The position numbers and the translations under genes were made by a program. Below, piece after piece: positions 51,881 through 63,956 of a stretch of 64,000 nt of DNA (positions are counted from its first letter, which is position 1; every line of letters starts with the position of its first letter). The stretch is from NCBI GenBank assembly GCA_963742735.1, contig CAVUMN010000003.1, positions 384,001 to 448,000 on the forward strand. Direction: 5' to 3'. The notes under the pieces are model-generated. The model was given only the letters and a program-made list of their open reading frames with translations. It ran no database searches and had not been told where the DNA came from. The DNA comes from an uncultured Actinomycetes bacterium (GTDB lineage: Bacteria > Actinomycetota > UBA4738 > JBBDTT01).

Positions 51881-52855
51881 ATGGCGACCCGCAAGCGCGA
51901 GCACGCGCCCGATCCCGAGCCCGTCTCGTCCGAGGAGCTCGCCCCGACCGCGGCCGAGGCCGCGGCGCATCCTCCGCAGCACTTCTACGGGGGCCAGGCG
52001 GTCCTCGAGGGCGTGATGATGCGCGGCAGGGACCACTGGGCGATCGCCGTGCGCCGCCCCGACAAGTCGATCTTCCTCGACCACTTCACGATCGACTCGA
52101 TCGCCAAGCGCAAGCCGATCTTCGCGAAGTTCGGCCTGCGGGGGATCATCGCTCTCGGGCAGGCCCTGTCGATCGGGGTGAAGGCCCTGACCATCTCCGC
52201 GAACCAGGCCGTCGAGGACGACGAGAAGCTCTCCACCGGCCAGATGGCCCTGTCGATGACGGTGGCCATGTTGATCTTCGTCGGGGTGTTCATCGTCGGC
52301 CCCGCGCTGGCGTTCGGGTTCCTGAAGGGCGCGGTGGGCGCCGGGGTCCTCTCGAACATCCTCGAGGGCGTGCTGCGCGTGCTGCTCTTCCTCGGCTACC
52401 TCGGGCTGATCGGGCGCATGAAGGACATCCGCCGGGTGTTCCAGTACCACGGGGCCGAGCACAAGACGATCGCCGCGTTCGAGCACGACGACCCCCTCGA
52501 GCCGAAGGCCGTCGACACGTACTCCACGTTGCACATCCGCTGCGGCACGAACTTCCTGTTGATCGTGATGGTCCTGACGATCTTCGTGTACTCGCTGATC
52601 CCCACACCCTCGATCTGGTGGCGGGTCGGCTCGCGGATCGTCGGCATCCCGGTCATCGCCGGGCTGGCCTACGAGCTCCTGCGCCTGGGCGCCAAGTACG
52701 AGCACTCGAAGTTCATGCACGCCCTGATGACGCCGGGCCTGTGGCTCCAGAAGATCACCACGAAGCCGCCGAGCGAGGACCAGATCGAGGTCGCCATCGC
52801 CAGCTTCAACGAGGTTCTCAAGGCCGAAGCGGAATCCGAGCAGCCCGCCGCCTGA
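51881..52855 (+). CDS. DUF1385-family membrane protein
   Basis: GGQAVLEGVMMR, RVFQYHGAEHK, H.RCGTNFL, PGLWLQKITT. Confidence 0.92.
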   Translation: MATRKREHAPDPEPVSSEELAPTAAEAAAHPPQHFYGGQAVLEGVMMRGRDHWAIAVRRPDKSIFLDHFTIDSIAKRKPIFAKFGLRGIIALGQALSIGVKALTISANQAVEDDEKLSTGQMALSMTVAMLIFVGVFIVGPALAFGFLKGAVGAGVLSNILEGVLRVLLFLGYLGLIGRMKDIRRVFQYHGAEHKTIAAFEHDDPLEPKAVDTYSTLHIRCGTNFLLIVMVLTIFVYSLIPTPSIWWRVGSRIVGIPVIAGLAYELLRLGAKYEHSKFMHALMTPGLWLQKITTKPPSEDQIEVAIASFNEVLKAEAESEQPAA

Positions 52856-52862
52856 GGGGCGC

Positions 52863-53177
52863 TCAGCCGAACCGGACGTAGAAGCTGCCGCCGCTGGCGA
52901 GCAGGACCACGAAGACCACGATCTCGATCGCGCCGAGGATGATGCCGGCCGTCGCCATCCCCTGCCCGGTTTCGCGGCCACCCGACTTCCGGATCTGATC
53001 CCGGCCGACGAGCCCGAAGATCACGGCGAGGATGGGCGGGATGGCGAACAGCGCGAACAGGAAGACGCCGACCAGACCGAGGACGAGCGACGCGACGGCC
53101 AGGCCGTTGTTCTTGACGTGTTGGTGGTACTGAGCCGGAGGGGTTCCGTCCGGCGGCGGCGGCGGCGTCATCGACAT
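52863..53177 (-). CDS. DUF4190-family small membrane protein
   Basis: NGLAVASLVLG, AVIFG, G.GMATAGIILG. Confidence 0.85.
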   Translation of the reverse strand: MSMTPPPPPDGTPPAQYHQHVKNNGLAVASLVLGLVGVFLFALFAIPPILAVIFGLVGRDQIRKSGGRETGQGMATAGIILGAIEIVVFVVLLASGGSFYVRFG

Positions 53178-53220
53178 CGTCCACGGATGCTAGCGCCGTC
53201 GCTCGCATAATGGAGACGAC

Positions 53221-54318
53221 ATGGACGATGCGATGCGCGCGCGACTGGAGGAGGTCGAGCGCCGCGCGGACGAGCTCTCGGCGAAGCTGTCGGAGCCCGG
53301 CGTGGCGGCGGACACCAACCGCCTCCGCGAGCTCGGCAAGCAGCACGCCGAGCTCGACGCCGTCGTGCGCGCGTTCCGCCAGCACCGGTCGGCCGAGCAG
53401 CAGGCCCAGGAGGGTCTCACCCTGGCGAAGGAGGCCACCGACCCCGAGGAGGCTGCGTTCTACCGCTCCGAGGCCGATCAGGCCCGGGATCGCGCGGCCG
53501 AGCTGGAGTCCGAGCTCGAGGTGCTGCTCCTTCCGAAGGACCCCAACGACGAGCGCAACGTCATCGTCGAGGTCCGGGCCGGCACCGGCGGCGACGAGGC
53601 CGCGTTGTTCGCCGGCGAGCTCCTGGAGATGTACCGGCGCTACGCGGAGCGCAACCGGTGGAAGTCCGAGGTCCTGGCGATGAGCCCCTCGGACATCGGG
53701 GGCATCAAGGAGGCCGTGCTGGCCCTCCGCGGCGAGCGCGCCTTCAGCCGCATGAAGCACGAGGCCGGCGTCCATCGCGTCCAGAGGGTTCCGGTCACGG
53801 AGTCCGGCGGGCGCACGCACACCTCGACCGCGACGGTCGCCGTCCTCCCCGAGGCCGAGGAGACCGATGTCGACATCAAGCGCGAGGACATCGAGATCGA
53901 CGTCTTCCGCTCGAGCGGTCCCGGGGGCCAGTCCGTGAACACCACCGACTCCGCCGTTCGCATCACGCACAAGCCGACCGGCATCGTGGTCAGCGTCCAG
54001 GAGGAGCGCTCCCAGCTGCAGAACAAGGAGAAGGCGATGCGCTACCTGCGCTCGCAGCTCCTCAAGCGCGCGCAGGACGAGGCCCAGCAGAAGGAGGCGG
54101 CGGCGCGCAGCGCTCAGGTCGGCTCCGGGGAGCGCTCGGAGAAGATCCGCACGTACAACTTCCCGCAGAACCGGGTGACCGACCACCGGATCGGCCTGTC
54201 GGTGCACAACATCCCGGAGATCATGGCCGGCGGCATCGACACGTTCATCGAGGCGCTTTCCGCCAAGGAACGCGCCGACCAGCTCGGACGCCGGCCCGAC
54301 GACGACCCGCGGACGTGA
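53221..54318 (+). CDS. prfA: Peptide chain release factor 1
   Basis: [16 protein letters not shown] (PxT motif), [22 protein letters not shown]. Confidence 0.97.
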   Translation: MDDAMRARLEEVERRADELSAKLSEPGVAADTNRLRELGKQHAELDAVVRAFRQHRSAEQQAQEGLTLAKEATDPEEAAFYRSEADQARDRAAELESELEVLLLPKDPNDERNVIVEVRAGTGGDEAALFAGELLEMYRRYAERNRWKSEVLAMSPSDIGGIKEAVLALRGERAFSRMKHEAGVHRVQRVPVTESGGRTHTSTATVAVLPEAEETDVDIKREDIEIDVFRSSGPGGQSVNTTDSAVRITHKPTGIVVSVQEERSQLQNKEKAMRYLRSQLLKRAQDEAQQKEAAARSAQVGSGERSEKIRTYNFPQNRVTDHRIGLSVHNIPEIMAGGIDTFIEALSAKERADQLGRRPDDDPRT

Positions 54319-55154
54319 GGCCCTCCGACGTCGTCACCCGCGCCACGCGCTACCTCGAGGCGCACGGGGTGGAGGGCGCCCGCGAGACGGCCGAGGCGCT
54401 CCTGATGCACCTGCTCGCGGTGGACCGGGTCGAGCTGTACACGCGCGCCGAGGGTCTGGACTCCGCGACCGCGCGGTCGTACGGCCGGGCCCTGTGCCAG
54501 CGGTGCGCCGGGACGCCGCTGCAGCACCTCACCGGGCGCCAGCCCTTTCGCGGGCTCAACCTCGAGGTCCGCCCGGGCGTGTTCGTTCCCCGCCCGGAGA
54601 CCGAGGTCCTGGTCGAGGCGGCGGTCCAGGTCACCACCAACGTGGCCCGCCCGCTGGTGCTCGACGTGGGGACCGGGACCGGCGCCGTCGGACTCGCGAT
54701 CAAGCGGGTCCTGCGCGACGCCCGCCTCCACGCCGTGGACGTCAACCCCGAGGCCGTGGAGCTGGCTCAGCGCAACGCCGACCGTCACCGGATGGTCATC
54801 GACCTCTACGTCGGCGACCTGTTCGGGCCGGTCCCTCCGGGTCTGCGCCGGCAGTTCGACCTGATCGTCAGCAACCCGCCGTACGTGACGGAGGCGGAGT
54901 ACGCCGAGCTGCCCGAGGAGGTCCGTGCCGACCCGTACGAGGCGCTGGTCGGCGGGACCGACGTCCACGCCCGGCTGGCCGACGAGGCCCCCACGTGGCT
55001 GCGGCCGGGGGGATGGCTCGTCGTCGAGATCGGTGCCTCCCAGGCCGAGGACGTGTCCCGGCTGTTCCGGCGAACCCTCGAGGAGGTCCACGCGCTGGAG
55101 GACCTGGCCGGCCGTCCGCGGGTGGTGCTGGGACGGGCCCCGGGGGACGGGTGA
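54315..55154 (+). CDS. prmC: Release factor glutamine methyltransferase
   Basis: [28 protein letters not shown]; GTGA overlap with prfA. Confidence 0.95.
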   Translation: MRPSDVVTRATRYLEAHGVEGARETAEALLMHLLAVDRVELYTRAEGLDSATARSYGRALCQRCAGTPLQHLTGRQPFRGLNLEVRPGVFVPRPETEVLVEAAVQVTTNVARPLVLDVGTGTGAVGLAIKRVLRDARLHAVDVNPEAVELAQRNADRHRMVIDLYVGDLFGPVPPGLRRQFDLIVSNPPYVTEAEYAELPEEVRADPYEALVGGTDVHARLADEAPTWLRPGGWLVVEIGASQAEDVSRLFRRTLEEVHALEDLAGRPRVVLGRAPGDG

Positions 55155-55774
55155 CCCTGCTCACGGTCGACCCGCGCGAGGTGGATCCGGACGCGATCGC
55201 GCTGGCCGCCGCGGCCCTGAGCGCCGGGCAGCTCGTCGTGCTCCCGACCGACTCGGTCTATGGGGTGGCCGCGGACCCGTCCCTTCGGGCCGCGGTTGCC
55301 CGGCTGTTCGAGGCCAAGGGCCGGCCTCGTTCGCTCGCGATCCCCGTGCTCGTCTCGAGCCTGACCCACGTGAAGCGGCTGGTCGAGGTCGACGCGCGAG
55401 CCGAACGGGCCATGGGCGCCTTCTGGCCGGGCGCCCTGACCATCGTCCTGCCTCGCAGGCCGGGCGTCGAGTGGGACCTCGGGGAGGCGGAGCGGACCCT
55501 CGCCCTGCGCATGCCCGCCCACCCCGTCGCCCTGGAGCTCCTCACCCAGGCCGGGCCGCTGGCGGTCACCTCGGCGAACCGCTCGGGCGAGCCGACCCCT
55601 CGCACGTGCGAGGAGGTGCGGGCCGTTCTCGGCGACGCGGTGAGCGTCTACCTGGACGCGGGGCCGAGCCCGGGCGATGTCGCCTCGACGGTTCTGGACC
55701 TTTCGGAGGAGGCGGCCCGCGTGCTCCGCGAGGGGTCGATCCCGGCTGCCGAGGTGCTGGACACCCTCGGCTAG
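55151..55774 (+). CDS. tsaC: L-threonylcarbamoyladenylate synthase (Sua5/YrdC)
   Basis: PTDSVYG, AKGRP, FWPGALT, TSANRSG, ASTVLD. Confidence 0.93.
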   Translation: MTLLTVDPREVDPDAIALAAAALSAGQLVVLPTDSVYGVAADPSLRAAVARLFEAKGRPRSLAIPVLVSSLTHVKRLVEVDARAERAMGAFWPGALTIVLPRRPGVEWDLGEAERTLALRMPAHPVALELLTQAGPLAVTSANRSGEPTPRTCEEVRAVLGDAVSVYLDAGPSPGDVASTVLDLSEEAARVLREGSIPAAEVLDTLG

Positions 55775-55783
55775 ACTCGGCCC

Positions 55784-56386
55784 GTGGCCTCGGTCCTGGT
55801 CGTCTGCACCGGAAACATCTGCCGCTCTCCCATCGGGGAGGGCTTCCTGAAGCTGCACCTGAGCCAGCGATTCCCCGGCCAGCACATCGACGTCTCGGGC
55901 GCGGGTGTGATCGCTCGCGACGGCCATCCGGCGACCGAGGAGGCCGTCCAGGCCGCCTGGGAGCGCGAGGTGGACATCTCCAGCCACCGGGCCCGGCGGC
56001 TGCACGCCAACCTCATCGAGCGGGCCGACCTGGTCATCGCCATGGCCGAGGAGCACGCGGAGGAGATCCGCCGGCAGGTGCCCTCGGCGCATCCGAAGAC
56101 GTTCATGCTCAAGGAGCTGGTCCATCTGCTCAGCGACCTCCCGCCCGTCGATGAGCGGGACACGCTCGACGACGAGGCCCTCCGGGCGCGGATCGCCGAG
56201 GCGCACTCCCTGCGCAACCGCAACGCCATCGCCACTGTGGACCTGGACATCTCCGACCCGCTCGGGATGTCGCTCGAGACCTACCGGGCCACCGCGTGGG
56301 AGCTGGACACGCTCATCGCCCAGCTCGTCGAGGGCCTCGCCGGCCGCATGCCGGCTCGCACCTCCTTCTGGGAGGCCGACGAGTGA
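55784..56386 (+). CDS. Low-molecular-weight protein phosphatase
   Basis: P-loop CTGNICRS, ADLVIAM, DISDP; TAGACT 6 nt before GTG. Confidence 0.9.
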   Translation: MASVLVVCTGNICRSPIGEGFLKLHLSQRFPGQHIDVSGAGVIARDGHPATEEAVQAAWEREVDISSHRARRLHANLIERADLVIAMAEEHAEEIRRQVPSAHPKTFMLKELVHLLSDLPPVDERDTLDDEALRARIAEAHSLRNRNAIATVDLDISDPLGMSLETYRATAWELDTLIAQLVEGLAGRMPARTSFWEADE

Positions 56387-56832
56387 ACGTCGCCATCGGA
56401 TCCGACCACGCCGGCTACCGGCTGAAGGAGGACCTCGCCCGGTTCCTGAAGGAGGAGGGCCACCAGGTGACCGACCACGGGACCGACTCGGAGGAGTCGG
56501 TGGACTACCCACCGATCTGCGCCGCGGTCGCCCGCGCCGTCGCCTCGGGCGAGGGTGACCGAGGCGTCGTCCTCGGGGGCTCGGGCCAGGGCGAGCAGAT
56601 CGCGGCGAACAAGGTGCACGGGATCCGGGCCGCCCTGTGCAACGACCTGTATACGGCGCGGATGGCCCGGCAGCACAACGACGCGAACGTGCTGGCCCTC
56701 GGCGCGCGTATCGTGGCGCCGGAGCTTGCGCGCGAGATCGTTCGGGTGTGGCTGGAGACGGAGTTCGAGGGGGGCCGGCACGAGCGGCGGATCGCTCAGA
56801 TCGGCGAGATCGAGGGGGAGGAGTGCCGGTGA
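56383..56832 (+). CDS. rpiB: Ribose-5-phosphate isomerase B
   Basis: GSDHAG, DYP, GGSGQGE, ANKV.GIRA, HNDAN, FEGGRH. Confidence 0.95.
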   Translation: MNVAIGSDHAGYRLKEDLARFLKEEGHQVTDHGTDSEESVDYPPICAAVARAVASGEGDRGVVLGGSGQGEQIAANKVHGIRAALCNDLYTARMARQHNDANVLALGARIVAPELAREIVRVWLETEFEGGRHERRIAQIGEIEGEECR

Positions 56833-58097
56833 GGGAGTGGGCGGCCGACTACGAGCAGCTTCGGGAGACCGATCCGGAGATCTTCGAGGCGATCCAGAAC
56901 GAGCTGAACCGTGAGCGGAGCACGCTCCGGCTGATCGCCTCCGAGAACTACGCCAGCCCCGCGGTGCTCGCGGCGCTGTCCTCGAGCATGAACAACAAGT
57001 ACGCCGAGGGCTATCCCGGCCGCCGCTACTACGGCGGCTGCGAGTTCGTAGACGTCTCCGAGACCCTGGCCATCGAGCGGGCCAAGGAGCTGTTCGGGGC
57101 CGAGCACGTGAACGTCCAGGCCCACGCCGGGGCCCAGGCCAACCTGGCGGTGTACGGCGCGTTCATCGAGCCCCACTCCGAGGACAAGGTGCTCGGCCTG
57201 GTGCTCGCCCACGGCGGGCACCTCACCCACGGCTCGCCGGTCAACGTCTCCGGCAAGTGGTTCGAGTTCATCGGCTACGAGGTCGACCCCGAGACCGAGC
57301 TGATCGACATGGACGAGGTGCGCGCCCTCGCGCAGGAGCATCGCCCGAAGATCATCCTGGCCGGGTTCACCGCGTACCCGCGATCGATCGACTTCGCGGC
57401 GTTCCGGGAGATCTGCGACGAGGTCGGCGCGATCTTCATGGTCGACGCCTCGCATTTCATCGGCCTCGTGGCCGGCGGGGCCTACCCCAGCCCGGTCCCC
57501 CACGCCGACGTGGTGACCTTCACCACCCACAAGACCCTGCGCGGGCCGAGGGGGGCGGTCATCGTGTGCCGCGAGGAGCACGCGAAGGCCATCGACAAGG
57601 CCGTCTTCCCCATGATGCAGGGTGGCCCGATGGAGCACGTCATCGCCGCGAAGGCGGTGTGCTTCAGGGAGGCCATGACCCAGGACTTCCGCGACTACGC
57701 CGAGCGGACCGTTCGCACGGCCCGCGCCCTGGCCCAGGGTCTCCAGGAGGAGGGGATCCGTCCGGTGGCCGGCGGGACCGATTCCCACCTGGTGCTAGCG
57801 GACCTGCGGACCCTGTCGGCAGAGCTCACCGGGGCCCGCGCCGAGGAGGTCTGCGACGAGATCGGGATCGCGATCAACAAGAACGCGATCCCGTTCGACC
57901 CGCTGCCGCCCCTCAAGGCCTCGGGGATCCGCGTGGGCACGCCCGGCCCGGCCACGCTGGGCATGGACGAGCCCGAGATGAAGGAGGTGGCGAGCGTCCT
58001 CGGTGCGGTCCTCCGGGCCCCCGACGACGACGCCGTGAAGGACCGCGCCCGAGGCCGCGTCGCCGAGCTGGTCAAGCGCTTCCCCCTGTACGCGTAG
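56829..58097 (+). CDS. glyA: Serine hydroxymethyltransferase
   Basis: LIASENY, YAEGYPG.RYYGG, GGHLTHG, TTHKTLRGPRG, SGIRVGT. Confidence 0.97.
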   Translation: MREWAADYEQLRETDPEIFEAIQNELNRERSTLRLIASENYASPAVLAALSSSMNNKYAEGYPGRRYYGGCEFVDVSETLAIERAKELFGAEHVNVQAHAGAQANLAVYGAFIEPHSEDKVLGLVLAHGGHLTHGSPVNVSGKWFEFIGYEVDPETELIDMDEVRALAQEHRPKIILAGFTAYPRSIDFAAFREICDEVGAIFMVDASHFIGLVAGGAYPSPVPHADVVTFTTHKTLRGPRGAVIVCREEHAKAIDKAVFPMMQGGPMEHVIAAKAVCFREAMTQDFRDYAERTVRTARALAQGLQEEGIRPVAGGTDSHLVLADLRTLSAELTGARAEEVCDEIGIAINKNAIPFDPLPPLKASGIRVGTPGPATLGMDEPEMKEVASVLGAVLRAPDDDAVKDRARGRVAELVKRFPLYA

Positions 58098-58107
58098 ACG
58101 GAGGCTG

Positions 58108-59280
58108 ATGCTCCCGTACCTCATGGTGTTCGGGGTTGCCGCTGCGATCGCCGCCGCGACCACCCCGCTGGTTCGCCGCTTCTCCGTCCGGGTGGGAGCG
58201 ATCGACCGGCCGTCGGACCGCAAGGTCCACCCGAAGCCGACCCCGACCCTCGGCGGGATCGCGATCTTCCTCGCGTTCGTCGGCGCGCTTGGCGTCGCCT
58301 ACCTGATCCCGACGTTCCGGGACCACGTCTTCCGCACGACCCTCGAGCCGATCGGCGTGCTCCTGGCCGGCCTGGTGATCCTGGCCGTGGGGGCCTACGA
58401 CGACCTCCGGCCCGCCTCGGTCGCCGCGAAGGTGGCCGGCCAGGTCCTGGCGGCGGGCGTGATGATCCTGGCCGGCATCCAGCTGCTCTTCTTCTACTTC
58501 CCGACGCAGGGCGTGATCGTGCTCGGCCCGGACCTCGGCGTTCCGCTCACGGTGCTGTGGATCCTGGCGATGATCAACGCGGTGAACCTCGTGGACGGGC
58601 TGGACGGGCTCGCCGCCGGCGTCGTGGTCATCGCCAGCGCGGCGTTCTTCGCCTTCACGTTCGCCTCGGAGCAGGCGATCGGGGCCCCACCGTCCGCCGC
58701 GTCGTTGCTCTCGGCCATCGCCGCCGGTGCCGCGCTGGGCTTCCTGCCCCACAACTTCCACCCGGCGAAGATCTTCATGGGCGACTCCGGCAGCATGCTG
58801 CTGGGGGTCATCCTGGCCGGGGCGACCATCTCCGGGGTCGGGAAGAGCGCCGTCGCCCCTGGGGAGACGGAGCTGGCGGCCCTGTCGATCCCCGTGATCG
58901 TGCCCCTGCTCGTCCTGGCGATCCCGTTCCTGGACGTCGTGTTCGCCATCGGACGCCGGGTGCGCCGCGGCCGGCCGGTGACCCACGCGGACAAGGAGCA
59001 CATCCACCACCGGCTGCTCGAGATCGGCCACAGTCATCGCGAGGCCGTGCTCCTCATCTACTTCTGGTCGGCGATCCTGGCGGGAGCCGCCCTGGCGATC
59101 TCGTTCGTGAACAGCCCCGCGGCGGCGATCGCGCTCGTGCTGCTCGCCCTGGTGTTGGTGGCCATCACGCTGGTCCCGCGGATGCGCCGGCCGAACGGCC
59201 GCTCGGTCGGGCTGGGCGGTCCGGGTGGGGAGTCGAAGGGTTCCCGCGGGGCCGCGGCGGTGCACCCTCCGAACTTGTGA
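58108..59280 (+). CDS. WecA/TagO-type polyprenyl-phosphate GlcNAc-1-P transferase (MraY family)
   Basis: RKVH..P.P.LGG, YDD, NAVNLVDGLDGLA, IFMGDSG, HIHHRL. Confidence 0.92.
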   Translation: MLPYLMVFGVAAAIAAATTPLVRRFSVRVGAIDRPSDRKVHPKPTPTLGGIAIFLAFVGALGVAYLIPTFRDHVFRTTLEPIGVLLAGLVILAVGAYDDLRPASVAAKVAGQVLAAGVMILAGIQLLFFYFPTQGVIVLGPDLGVPLTVLWILAMINAVNLVDGLDGLAAGVVVIASAAFFAFTFASEQAIGAPPSAASLLSAIAAGAALGFLPHNFHPAKIFMGDSGSMLLGVILAGATISGVGKSAVAPGETELAALSIPVIVPLLVLAIPFLDVVFAIGRRVRRGRPVTHADKEHIHHRLLEIGHSHREAVLLIYFWSAILAGAALAISFVNSPAAAIALVLLALVLVAITLVPRMRRPNGRSVGLGGPGGESKGSRGAAAVHPPNL

Positions 59281-59292
59281 AAGTTTTCACAA
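59275..59292. promoter_or_regulatory. Rex operator upstream of atp operon
   Basis: TTGTGAA-AGTT-TTCACAA is an exact match to the Rex consensus TTGTGAA-N4-TTCACAA. Confidence 0.85.
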
Positions 59293-59351
59293 GCTGGTAG
59301 GGTCCGGCCCGGAAATGGCCGCTGACCTGCGAAAACGCGACCCGTCGGGCT

Positions 59352-59381
59352 TTGACACCCCTTCCGAGCGGCGGCTATACT
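59352..59381 (+). promoter_or_regulatory. Sigma-70/SigA promoter of atp operon
   Basis: TTGACA (59352-59357), 18-nt spacer, TATACT (59376-59381). Confidence 0.8.
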
Positions 59382-59392
59382 CCGCGGGCTCT

Positions 59393-59623
59393 ATGGCGGG
59401 GGACTCGGGCCCGGGCAACTCGATGGGTGGGATGTCCACGGGGCTCACCATCAGCGTGACGCTGCTCTCCGCCGTGCTCGTCTGGGGAGGAGTCGGCTAC
59501 CTGATCGACCGGCTGGTGGGGACACCCAAGATCTTCACGGCCGTCGGCATGCTCGTCGGAGCCGCGAGCGGCATCTATCTCATCTATCTGAAGCATGGAA
59601 AACCACATGACCCGCCAGCCTGA
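59393..59623 (+). CDS. AtpZ/AtpI-family (ATPase gene 1) protein
   Basis: WGGVGYLIDRLVGT..F..VG.LVG two-TM motif; first gene after the promoter. Confidence 0.8.
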   Translation: MAGDSGPGNSMGGMSTGLTISVTLLSAVLVWGGVGYLIDRLVGTPKIFTAVGMLVGAASGIYLIYLKHGKPHDPPA

Positions 59624-60029
59624 ACCGGAGCTGCAGCTCGTCCGAACCATCGCGCCCTGGGGCGCCCCGGCCACGGCGGTCGCGTTCGGGCTCGGGTACG
59701 TCCTCGGAGGGGCCGGCGCCGCCTGGTCGGCGGCCATCGGGACCGCGGTCGTGACGCTGAACCTGGTGGCCCACGGGCTGTCCATGGCCCGGGCGGCGCG
59801 GATCTCGCTCGTGGCGGTCTACGCCGCCGGGCTCGGGGGGTTCGTGGTGCGGATGGCGGTCATCGTGGGGCTGATGTTCGCCCTGAACCAGCTCGCGTGG
59901 TTCTCGCCCCTGGCCTTCGGGCTGGCCGTGGTCCCCGCGACGATGACGCTCCTCGTCTTCGAGATGAAGCTCATGGCCTCCGGCGTGGGACGTGAGCTGT
60001 GGCTGCCGCCGGAGTCCGCCACCCGATGA
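59607..60029 (+). CDS. ATP synthase protein I-like membrane protein
   Basis: Four TM segments with conserved Arg (FVVRM); position immediately before atpB. Confidence 0.75.
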   Translation: MTRQPEPELQLVRTIAPWGAPATAVAFGLGYVLGGAGAAWSAAIGTAVVTLNLVAHGLSMARAARISLVAVYAAGLGGFVVRMAVIVGLMFALNQLAWFSPLAFGLAVVPATMTLLVFEMKLMASGVGRELWLPPESATR

Positions 60030-60823
60030 CGGTCCCGGCGATGCTCGCGCAGTTCCATCCCCCCACCACCAAGGACTTCCTGTTCGACCCGTGGTTCGGG
60101 CCCTGGGAGGTCTTCGGCATCGAGTTCTCGGTCAACTTCATCACGTTCCTGGCGTGCCTTTCGATCCTGATGACCTTGTCGTTCTTCTACTTCGGCCTTC
60201 GCAACGCCAAGGTCGTGCCCGGCAAGTTCCAGACCGTCGTGGAGAGCGGCGTCGAGTTCGTCCGCGAGCAGATCCTGATGTCGATGATCGGGCCCGACGG
60301 CATGCGGTACCTGCCGCTGCTGTGCACGCTGTTCTTCATGATCTTCTTCGGCAACATCCTCTCGGTGATCCCCGCCATCGGGTTTCCGCTGAACAGCCGG
60401 CTGGCGTTCCCGCTGGTTCCGGCGGTCGTCGTGTGGATCCTCTACAACGGCATCGGGATCAAGAAGCACGGCTTCTTCGGCTACTTCAAGATGGTCATGT
60501 TCCCGCCGGGCGCGCCGAAGGTCATGTACGTGCTGCTCGCGCCCATCGAGTTCGTGACCGGCATCGTCATGCGGCCGATCACGCTGACCGTCCGACTCTT
60601 CGCCAACATGGTGGCCGGTCACTTCCTTCTGGCGGTGTTCTTCCTGGGAACCATCGCGCTGTTCCAGGCCGACACGGTGTTCCTGAAGCCGATCGGCGCC
60701 ATCTCGTTCGCGTTCGGGACCCTTCTGCTCGGCTTCGAGATCTTCGTGGCCGGGCTGCAGGCGTTCATCTTCACCATCCTGACCGCCTCCTACATCGGGG
60801 GCGCACTGGCCGAGGAGCACTAA
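60026..60823 (+). CDS. atpB: F0F1 ATP synthase subunit a
   Basis: VPGKFQ, PIE, RPITLTVRLFANM.AGH, LQAFIFTIL. Confidence 0.96.
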   Translation: MTVPAMLAQFHPPTTKDFLFDPWFGPWEVFGIEFSVNFITFLACLSILMTLSFFYFGLRNAKVVPGKFQTVVESGVEFVREQILMSMIGPDGMRYLPLLCTLFFMIFFGNILSVIPAIGFPLNSRLAFPLVPAVVVWILYNGIGIKKHGFFGYFKMVMFPPGAPKVMYVLLAPIEFVTGIVMRPITLTVRLFANMVAGHFLLAVFFLGTIALFQADTVFLKPIGAISFAFGTLLLGFEIFVAGLQAFIFTILTASYIGGALAEEH

Positions 60824-61105
<282 letters not shown>

Positions 61106-61109
61106 AGGG

Positions 61110-61694
61110 GTGACCTCGATGATCGGATCGATCACGAGGGCCCTCGTCCTCGCCCAGGAGCACGGCGAGGAGGTCAGCGAGCCCAAGGACCTGTACCCGC
61201 ACGCCGACGAGCTCATCGTCGCGGCGATCGGGTTCACGCTGCTGTTCATCTTCATGTCGAAGTTCGCGATCCCCCGGATCAACACGGTCCTGGAGGAGCG
61301 TCGCAAGCGCATCCAGGGCGAGATGGAGAAGGCGGAGAAGACCCGGACCGAGGCCGACTCGATCCTCGAGCAGTATCGAGAGCAGCTGGCGAACGCCCGG
61401 GAGGAGGCCAACCGCATCATCGAGGAGGCCCGCCAGACCGCCGAGGGCGTCCGAACGGAGCTCACCGAGAAGGCCGAGCGCGACGCGCAGGCCATCGTGG
61501 CACGGGCCCAGGAGGAGATCCGGGCCGAACGGGACCGCGCGTTCCAGGACCTCAAGGCGCAGGTCGGCGAGCTGTCCGTCGAGCTGGCCACGCGCGTGGT
61601 GGGCGAGTCCCTCGACCGCGAACGCCAGCTCCGGCTGGTGGAGCGCTACATCGACGAGCTCGCCGGCCAGGAGGAGCCGGGTGCCGGGTCCTGA
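61110..61694 (+). CDS. atpF: F0F1 ATP synthase subunit b
   Basis: Single TM, then P.I..LEERR..I coiled coil. Confidence 0.93.
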   Translation: MTSMIGSITRALVLAQEHGEEVSEPKDLYPHADELIVAAIGFTLLFIFMSKFAIPRINTVLEERRKRIQGEMEKAEKTRTEADSILEQYREQLANAREEANRIIEEARQTAEGVRTELTEKAERDAQAIVARAQEEIRAERDRAFQDLKAQVGELSVELATRVVGESLDRERQLRLVERYIDELAGQEEPGAGS

Positions 61695-62223
61695 GGAGCG
61701 CGTTCACGGCTACGCCCAGGCGATCTTTCAGATCGCCGAGGCCGAGGGCGCCCTGGAGACGGTCGAGGACGAGCTGTACACGTTCGGCAAGGCCGTGGAG
61801 CAACAGAACCAGCTCCGCGACGCCCTGACCGACCCGGCCCTGCCGGCCGAGCGGAAGAAGGCCGTGATCCGGGACATCCTCGGCGACCGCGCCAGCAAGC
61901 ACACGGCGTCGATCCTCGGGTTCCTGATCGACCAGGGGCGCACCCGCGAGCTCGCCGGGATCATCGACGAGCTGGCCAGGGTCGCGGCGGAGCGCCGCTC
62001 CCGGGCGGTGGCCGAGGTCCGCAGCGCGATCCCGCTGGACGAGGAGCATCGCCGCAAGCTCACCGAGGCCCTCGAGCGGGCCACGGGCAAGAAGATCGAG
62101 CTGAAGGTGTTGGTGGATCCGTCCGTCGTGGGCGGCCTGGTCGCTCGCGTGGGTGACCAGGTCATCGACGGGACGATCAGGCGCCGGCTGGAGCTGGCGC
62201 GCGACCGATTGAGAAAGGTCTGA
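61681..62223 (+). CDS. atpH: F0F1 ATP synthase subunit delta
   Basis: [19 protein letters not shown]...VGD.VIDGT. Confidence 0.94.
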   Translation: MPGPEERVHGYAQAIFQIAEAEGALETVEDELYTFGKAVEQQNQLRDALTDPALPAERKKAVIRDILGDRASKHTASILGFLIDQGRTRELAGIIDELARVAAERRSRAVAEVRSAIPLDEEHRRKLTEALERATGKKIELKVLVDPSVVGGLVARVGDQVIDGTIRRRLELARDRLRKV

Positions 62224-62228
62224 GCGCG

Positions 62229-63953
<1,725 letters not shown>

Positions 63954-63956
63954 CGC

